Shown piece after piece: positions 58,429-64,000 of a stretch of 64,000 bases of DNA. The translations under genes and the position numbers were made by a program. Source of the DNA: Acidobacteriota bacterium (GTDB lineage: Bacteria > Acidobacteriota > UBA6911 > RPQK01 > JAJDTT01); NCBI GenBank assembly GCA_965217775.1, contig CBDCJH010000002.1, positions 2,400,001-2,464,000 of the forward strand, written 5' to 3'. The stretch's first letter is position 1; the number at the start of each line of letters is the position of its first letter. Below the pieces are notes generated by a model. It made no database searches, was not told the origin of the DNA, and worked only from the letters and a program-made list of their open reading frames with translations.

Positions 58429-59985
58429 TCAGAAGCTCACATGGACCCGAGCTCCGACCACTCCCTGGGTTCCCTTGGCCGATCTTCCACCTGAACCGAA
58501 GACCAACTGAAAATCAGGAGTGAAGGCGAAATTTCGTGTGACCTGCCACCGGTAGTAGGCCTCCATCACTTTCTCGGAGGCCGCGTCACTGATCCCGAAC
58601 GCTTGGGAGAAGGCGAGACCCAGGGCCGAGTCTTGGACGCCTTCAGCAGCAAACCGCCACTGAATCCCTCCCGAATACGATGTCCGCACCGGCCCGAAGA
58701 CGAGCGCCCCCGGACCCGAATTCCCAACGCCGTAGCGTCCGAATACCCCGACCCTCGGACTGACCCACTGGTCCGCACTCACGTAGATTCCGCGCACCCC
58801 CCCTTCACCAGCCACATTGCCAAGCGTCATGCCCAAACGCCAGTGACCCGGGTAGTTCTTGAGGACCGTCCTCAGTTCCGCCTCGGTCGTCCAAAGGGGA
58901 GAGGTGAAGGCTCGTTCGGTCCTGGAAACAGCGTAACCGACTCGAAACGCGACCCCGCGGAGCCGGTCGTAACTCAGTGGCCGCTCATATTCTCCGACCA
59001 GTCCCGGAGCGACGACTCCAGTCTTGTAGGCGGCCCCGTTTACGAAGGCACTGTTGACGAACTGCCGCACCTCGTTGTTGGCGAATTGGTTGGTATCGAA
59101 GTAGTCGGAGACGTCGAGCACTCCAGCTCTCGCGCTCAGGCGGCTGCTGCCCCACCGGATTCCCTGCTCATAGAAGGCCTTGCCGAGATAGAGATTGCCT
59201 CGGGCGATCGGCTCGTTGAATCGGCTGCGGTCGCTGGCGACGTCGTTGAAGCTGCTGAACGACTCGGGACCGCCCACCACTGAGCTGTCGAAGGGTCCCC
59301 CCGCAGCACCGATCTGGAGAAAGAAGTATCCCTCGTCCCAGACCTGGCTTCGAGCCGGCAGTGCTCTCAAGGTAAAGTTCACACGTGTCCTTCCAAAAAC
59401 CGACGTCAGATGTGGCGAATCTCCAGGTACCGTGGCCATCTGAACCCCGGAGGTCACGTCACCGGTCATGACCATCCGCTCCGACATGGGCAACTCCTGG
59501 AATTGCTCGATCGCCTGGCGAAAGCCTTCCTGACCCTTGGTCAAGCTCCTGGCCTGGAGAGAATCTTCCGGGGAGGGCTCCGGATCAGGTTTCCGGGGGG
59601 CCGCCTTGTCGACTGCGCAAGTCTTGGACATCTGACCTTCGGAACCCGGCAACTCGGCCCCCAGAAGCGCGAGGCTCGCTATGTGACGGACCGGTACCGC
59701 GCTGACACCCGATCGCGCCAAGCGACGACCCAGCTCTCGAAAGAGGCGATCCAGCCGCCGTTGGCGTTCCTCGGCGGTGGGGTCGGGCGTGACTTCTTCC
59801 TCCAGGTAGGTACTCGAGAGTTCCCGCAGCAGCACGGTACGCCAGTCATCGTCTCCTGTAGCCAAACCGGATCCGGTTGAAACCCACGTCAGCAGGAAAC
59901 CCGTCACCAGGAGGCGAATTCGTCGCGTTTCTCGCCGTCCATCGATACACTTTTCCGAGGCAATCAAACGACTATCTGAGTGCAT
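58429..59985 (-). CDS. OprB-like carbohydrate porin
   Basis: YFDTNQFANNE..QF.N..F; E...EAYYR......TPDFQ; terminal F. Confidence 0.75.
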   Translation of the reverse strand: MHSDSRLIASEKCIDGRRETRRIRLLVTGFLLTWVSTGSGLATGDDDWRTVLLRELSSTYLEEEVTPDPTAEERQRRLDRLFRELGRRLARSGVSAVPVRHIASLALLGAELPGSEGQMSKTCAVDKAAPRKPDPEPSPEDSLQARSLTKGQEGFRQAIEQFQELPMSERMVMTGDVTSGVQMATVPGDSPHLTSVFGRTRVNFTLRALPARSQVWDEGYFFLQIGAAGGPFDSSVVGGPESFSSFNDVASDRSRFNEPIARGNLYLGKAFYEQGIRWGSSRLSARAGVLDVSDYFDTNQFANNEVRQFVNSAFVNGAAYKTGVVAPGLVGEYERPLSYDRLRGVAFRVGYAVSRTERAFTSPLWTTEAELRTVLKNYPGHWRLGMTLGNVAGEGGVRGIYVSADQWVSPRVGVFGRYGVGNSGPGALVFGPVRTSYSGGIQWRFAAEGVQDSALGLAFSQAFGISDAASEKVMEAYYRWQVTRNFAFTPDFQLVFGSGGRSAKGTQGVVGARVHVSF

Positions 59986-60241
59986 GGTCAGTTTCCTCAA
60001 TGACACACCGGATGACTTCCTTCCGCGGCCGGAGCGAACCGGGAGGCCAAACTCCGATCACGACGAATCAACGTCCCTCAGTACTCCCCGCTTCATATGG
60101 CAGATCCCGACGGAACAGCTCCCCTGCCATCAGATTGTATTGGTCGACGTCGCGCGAGTCCTTGATTCTGGCTGGAGTTAGTCTGAGGGAACCCGGTAGA
60201 CGGCTAGCCGCCTGCCGTTCTCTCGGGTAGAATCCGGCCCC

Positions 60242-61825
60242 ATGGGAAGACTCCTGGTCCCGGCATGCCTGCTCTGTCTTGTGATCCTGCCCGGGTGCGG
60301 GCCGGCAGACGACGGCAGCCCCAGCCCAACGGAGAGGCAGACTGAACTGCCCATCCCGTCAGTCACCCTCAGCCTGAGCTCGAAGCTCACCAATCTGGAC
60401 ATTCTGGGCTCCACCCATCAGCCGAGCATCGTCACCCTGTACCTGATCTCCGGACGGCTTTTCCGGTTGAATCACGACTGGACGGTGGAGCCGGAGCTGG
60501 CCGAATCGATGGAGATCTCCGGCGACGGCCTGACGGCCACCGTGAGTCTCAAGGAGGGACTGGTCTACTCGGACGGCACCCCTGTCACCAGCCGGGACGT
60601 CGTCTTCGCCTACACTCGGAACCGGGATCATCCGGGGCCGTACTTCTCGACGTTGCTGGCGCCGATCCGGCAGGTCGAGACGCCGGATTCCAAAACGGTC
60701 GTTTTCCACTTGAAGGAACCCTATCTGGATCTTTCGCTGGCTCTGACCCACATGGCCATGGGCATCCATCCGCAGTCCCGGATCGAAGAGGATCCCGAAT
60801 ACTTCCGCCATCCGGTCAGCTCCGGTCCATACGTGCTGAAGGAATGGATTCCGGGGGCTTCGAAGTGGGTGATCGAAGCCAATCCCAACTATGTCCGAGG
60901 GCCAATGGCCATCCAACGGATCGAGCTGGTGGCGGTGCCCGATCCCACCTCCCGGGTGTTGCAACTGTCCGCCGGGACCATCGACTACGTGTACGACCTG
61001 CCGGTGACGGCGAGGGCTTCGTTGCCGACCGAGGTCGAGGCCTACCCGGCCCCTCACAACGGCCAGTACCACGTTGCCTTCAACGGGGGATTGCCCGACG
61101 GCCACCCCGTGCGGAACGCTCAGGTCCGGCAGGCGATCTCGCTGGCCATCGACCGGGATGAGGTCAATCAGAAGGCCTTCGGCGGAATTTCGCCTCCGGC
61201 CAGGGGATTCCAGTACGCGGGACCGCCGGAGAGCTTGTTCAACCTTCCCTACGGAGGAAAGCGGAATCTGGCGGCGGCGCGCGAGCTGCTGGCGGAGACT
61301 CCCTTCAGGGACGGCTTCAGCGTGAATCTTCAGACCTGGGGCCAACGCAGCGGTTGGACCGATGCCGCTCTGGTCATTGCCGCCAACCTGGGCGAACTGG
61401 GAATCCAGGTTCAGGTGGTCCCCCTGGAGGATGCCGTGGCCAGCTCCAATCTTCGCTCCGGCGGTTACGAGATGCAGTTTTCGGGCCTGGCCGCGGGTCC
61501 CATGAATTTCTTCAGGAGTCAATGGATTCCGGGGGCATTCTGGACCGATGCCCTCCGCTACCGCAACCCGGAGGTGATCCGTCTGGTGAACTCGGCCTCC
61601 GTCGCCATTGATTTCGACCGGAGAATCGAGCTCATCCATCGTGCGCAGGAACTGGCGCTTCAGGACATGCCGCTCGTCCCGATCTCGGAGCGGGTCGTTC
61701 TGGTAGGGAGCCGGATCGACCGGAAGATCCTGTTCGAAGCCAACCTCCCGCCCGGCACCAATCCCATGGTGGCGACGATGGCCGAGTTGCAGCGGCACCC
61801 TGGCCAATCATCCGCCGGTGAGTAG
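60242..61825 (+). CDS. ABC transporter substrate-binding lipoprotein (family 5)
   Basis: Lipobox LPGC; PELAES, SDGTPVTS.DV, SGPY, VRQAI..AIDR. Confidence 0.9.
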   Translation: MGRLLVPACLLCLVILPGCGPADDGSPSPTERQTELPIPSVTLSLSSKLTNLDILGSTHQPSIVTLYLISGRLFRLNHDWTVEPELAESMEISGDGLTATVSLKEGLVYSDGTPVTSRDVVFAYTRNRDHPGPYFSTLLAPIRQVETPDSKTVVFHLKEPYLDLSLALTHMAMGIHPQSRIEEDPEYFRHPVSSGPYVLKEWIPGASKWVIEANPNYVRGPMAIQRIELVAVPDPTSRVLQLSAGTIDYVYDLPVTARASLPTEVEAYPAPHNGQYHVAFNGGLPDGHPVRNAQVRQAISLAIDRDEVNQKAFGGISPPARGFQYAGPPESLFNLPYGGKRNLAAARELLAETPFRDGFSVNLQTWGQRSGWTDAALVIAANLGELGIQVQVVPLEDAVASSNLRSGGYEMQFSGLAAGPMNFFRSQWIPGAFWTDALRYRNPEVIRLVNSASVAIDFDRRIELIHRAQELALQDMPLVPISERVVLVGSRIDRKILFEANLPPGTNPMVATMAELQRHPGQSSAGE

Positions 61826-62827
61826 GTGAGAAACGGAGCGCCCCCATCCGATAACGGCTCGCTCGTACCCGCCGCCCGTGTCCCGCCCCTTCTGGGCAGA
61901 ACCCTCCGCCACCTGGCCCGGGCCGTACTGGCCGCCCTGGGCGTGCTGCTGGTCACCTTCACTCTGATCCATCTGATCCCCGGCGATCCGGTGGAGATGC
62001 TGCTGGGCGACGCCGCCACCCAGGAACTGGTCGCCAAGTACCGGGAGATCCTGGGACTGGAAGGCAGCCTGTTCCAACAGTTCACCAGATACCTGGCGTC
62101 GGTGCTGCGGGGCGACCTGGGAACCTCGCTGCAGACCGGACAGAGCGTCAACTCGGTGGTCGCCCGGACGTTTCCCATGACTGCCTGGCTGATCGGCGTG
62201 ACCGTGGTGATGGCGCTGCTGATGGCCGTCCCGTTGGGGGTCGCCGCCGCCCTGCTTCGCGGCACCTGGTTCGACCACGCGTTCCGGGTCGCCACGTCCG
62301 TCTCGCTGGCCACGCCCACCTTCTATTTCGGGCTGCTTCTCATCCTCTTGTTTGCGGTTCACCTGGGTTGGGCTCCGGTGGCCGGCTATCGGCCCGGGTT
62401 CCCCGGAAACCTCCAATATCTGTGGCTTCCGGCCCTGGCCATGTCCGGCGCACTGGTCCCGATCCTGTCCCGGGTCCTTCAGAGCTCCATCGCCGAGACC
62501 ATGGAGCAGGAGTTCGTCGAGACGGCCATCGTCCGGGGACTGCCGGCCCCGGTCCTGGTCTGGCGCTACCTGCTGCGGCCCTCGCTGGCCCCCACCATCA
62601 GCCTGCTGGGCTACATCCTGGGACAGCTCCTGAGCGCCACCGTGGTGGTCGAGATCGTGTTCAATCTTCCGGGCATGGGGACGGCCCTGGTGGTGGAAGG
62701 GGTCCTGCTGAGGGACTATCCCGTGGTCCAGGGCATCATCCTGATCTTCGCGCTCATCGTGGTCGCCGTCAGCTTCCTGTCCGATACGGTCAGCGGCTGG
62801 CTCGACCCGCGGACCCGAGTTTCATGA
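61826..62827 (+). CDS. ABC permease (DppB/OppB-like)
   Basis: IPGDPV, GDLGTS, FV.TA..RGL, E.VF.LPGMG, RDYPVVQG. Confidence 0.92.
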   Translation: MRNGAPPSDNGSLVPAARVPPLLGRTLRHLARAVLAALGVLLVTFTLIHLIPGDPVEMLLGDAATQELVAKYREILGLEGSLFQQFTRYLASVLRGDLGTSLQTGQSVNSVVARTFPMTAWLIGVTVVMALLMAVPLGVAAALLRGTWFDHAFRVATSVSLATPTFYFGLLLILLFAVHLGWAPVAGYRPGFPGNLQYLWLPALAMSGALVPILSRVLQSSIAETMEQEFVETAIVRGLPAPVLVWRYLLRPSLAPTISLLGYILGQLLSATVVVEIVFNLPGMGTALVVEGVLLRDYPVVQGIILIFALIVVAVSFLSDTVSGWLDPRTRVS

Positions 62828-63654
62828 AGCGACTACGGCGGCTTCCAACCATGGATCTCAACCGTTCCGCCCTGGTCGGGATCGCCATCCTCCTGCTCGT
62901 GATCATCCTGAGTGTTCTGGTTCCGCTGCTCAGCCCTCACAATCCCATTGCCACCAGCGGGTCTCCGTTGTCGCCACCCGGCGTCGAGCACCTCTTTGGG
63001 ACCGACCAACTGGGACGGGACGTCTTCACCCGGACCTTCGCGGCGGGCCGTCTGGACCTGATCCTGGCGCTCATTGGGGTTTCGGTGCCGCTCCTCATCG
63101 GGACCTTCCTGGGTGCCGTTCTGGGGACGACCCGAAACCGGCTGGTGGCCTGGTTGTGGCTGATGCTGATCGACGCCATCAACGCCTTCCCTTTCGTAGT
63201 GTTGGTCATCGCCATCGTGGCGGTGGTGGGTCCCGGAGTGACCGGTCTCCTGATCGGACTCGCGGCGGTGAACTGGGCCCGCTACGCCCGAATCGCCCGT
63301 TCCCGCGCCTTGATCCTGAGGAACGCCGAGTTCGTGGAGGCGACCCGCGTCCTGGGGTACTCCCGGCTGCGAGTCCTGATCCGGCACATTCTTCCCAACG
63401 TCTACAGCGAGACGGTCGCGTATGGACTCAGCGACTTCGTCATCGTGGTGCTGACCGTGTCGTCGCTCTCGTTTCTGGGAGCGGGGGTCAACCCGCCCAC
63501 GCCCGAGTGGGGCGCCATGATCGCCGATGGCCGCCTCTACCTGCAGACGCAATGGTGGATCACCGTCTTTCCCGGATTGGCCCTCTCTCTGACCGCCATC
63601 GGCGTCGCGCTGCTGGCCCACGGCGTGTCCGGCCGGTACGCGGGGGAGAATTAG
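62824..63654 (+). CDS. ABC permease (DppC/OppC-like)
   Basis: HLFGTDQLGRD, FVEA...G, HILPN, LSFLG.G..PP.PEWG. Confidence 0.92.
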   Translation: MKRLRRLPTMDLNRSALVGIAILLLVIILSVLVPLLSPHNPIATSGSPLSPPGVEHLFGTDQLGRDVFTRTFAAGRLDLILALIGVSVPLLIGTFLGAVLGTTRNRLVAWLWLMLIDAINAFPFVVLVIAIVAVVGPGVTGLLIGLAAVNWARYARIARSRALILRNAEFVEATRVLGYSRLRVLIRHILPNVYSETVAYGLSDFVIVVLTVSSLSFLGAGVNPPTPEWGAMIADGRLYLQTQWWITVFPGLALSLTAIGVALLAHGVSGRYAGEN

Positions 63655-63738
63655 TTGATATCACCAAGTAAACACGGAACGGGTAAGCCGTTGGCCACCC
63701 CGAATCGGCCGCGGGGATGTCAACTGAGGCGGAGAGCA

Positions 63739-64000
63739 GTGGACGTAGATTCCCCCATACTGCGAGTGGAGGGCCTGCGAATCGGTGTGCCGCGGCGACG
63801 GGGAGATTTGTTGTCCATCGTGGACACGGCCGATTTCCAGTTGCTCCGCCGTCAGGCCCTGGGAATCGTGGGGGAATCGGGCTCCGGCAAGACCATGCTC
63901 TGCCGCGCCTTGATGGGGACGCTCCGGCGCCACGGAGCCATGGTGGCGTCCGGCAGAATTCTCTATCGGGATCGGGACCTGGCCGGGGCCGACGAGAAGG
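63739..64000 (+). CDS. ABC ATP-binding protein (DppD/OppD-like), partial
   Basis: Manual translation: ILRVEGLRI...LGIVGESGSGKT; runs off the right edge. Confidence 0.85.
   Translation, partial: MDVDSPILRVEGLRIGVPRRRGDLLSIVDTADFQLLRRQALGIVGESGSGKTMLCRALMGTLRRHGAMVASGRILYRDRDLAGADEK

Overview
High-GC bacterial window, probably Acidobacteriota (inferred from Oar-type TonB-dependent receptors, CRTAC1, DUF1501/PSD1 and PQQ-propeller genes). Most of it encodes transport and catabolism: a MacAB-type exporter, sulfatase, glycoside hydrolases, two sodium:solute symporters, TyrS, twin TonB-dependent receptors, a cation-chloride cotransporter and a Dpp/Opp ABC operon. The standout is a nested mobile element. 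A 158-bp MITE-like palindromic repeat is intact at 40283-40440, flanked by a 4-bp ATAT duplication. A second copy (11934-18138, flanked by a TCAA duplication) is split in two by a ~6-kb island. The island carries a P4-type tyrosine integrase, so the integrase appears to have used a multicopy MITE rather than a tRNA gene as attB. Inside the island are two diverged ~250-bp non-coding units with interleaved inverted repeats and compensatory substitutions. They bracket cargo that includes a Schlafen/AlbA_2 protein and a restriction-modification remnant. Also present: an AAA ATPase missed by the ORF track, a VapC with an atypical antitoxin, and two REP-like repeat families. Family assignments come from motif recognition by eye; no searches were run.
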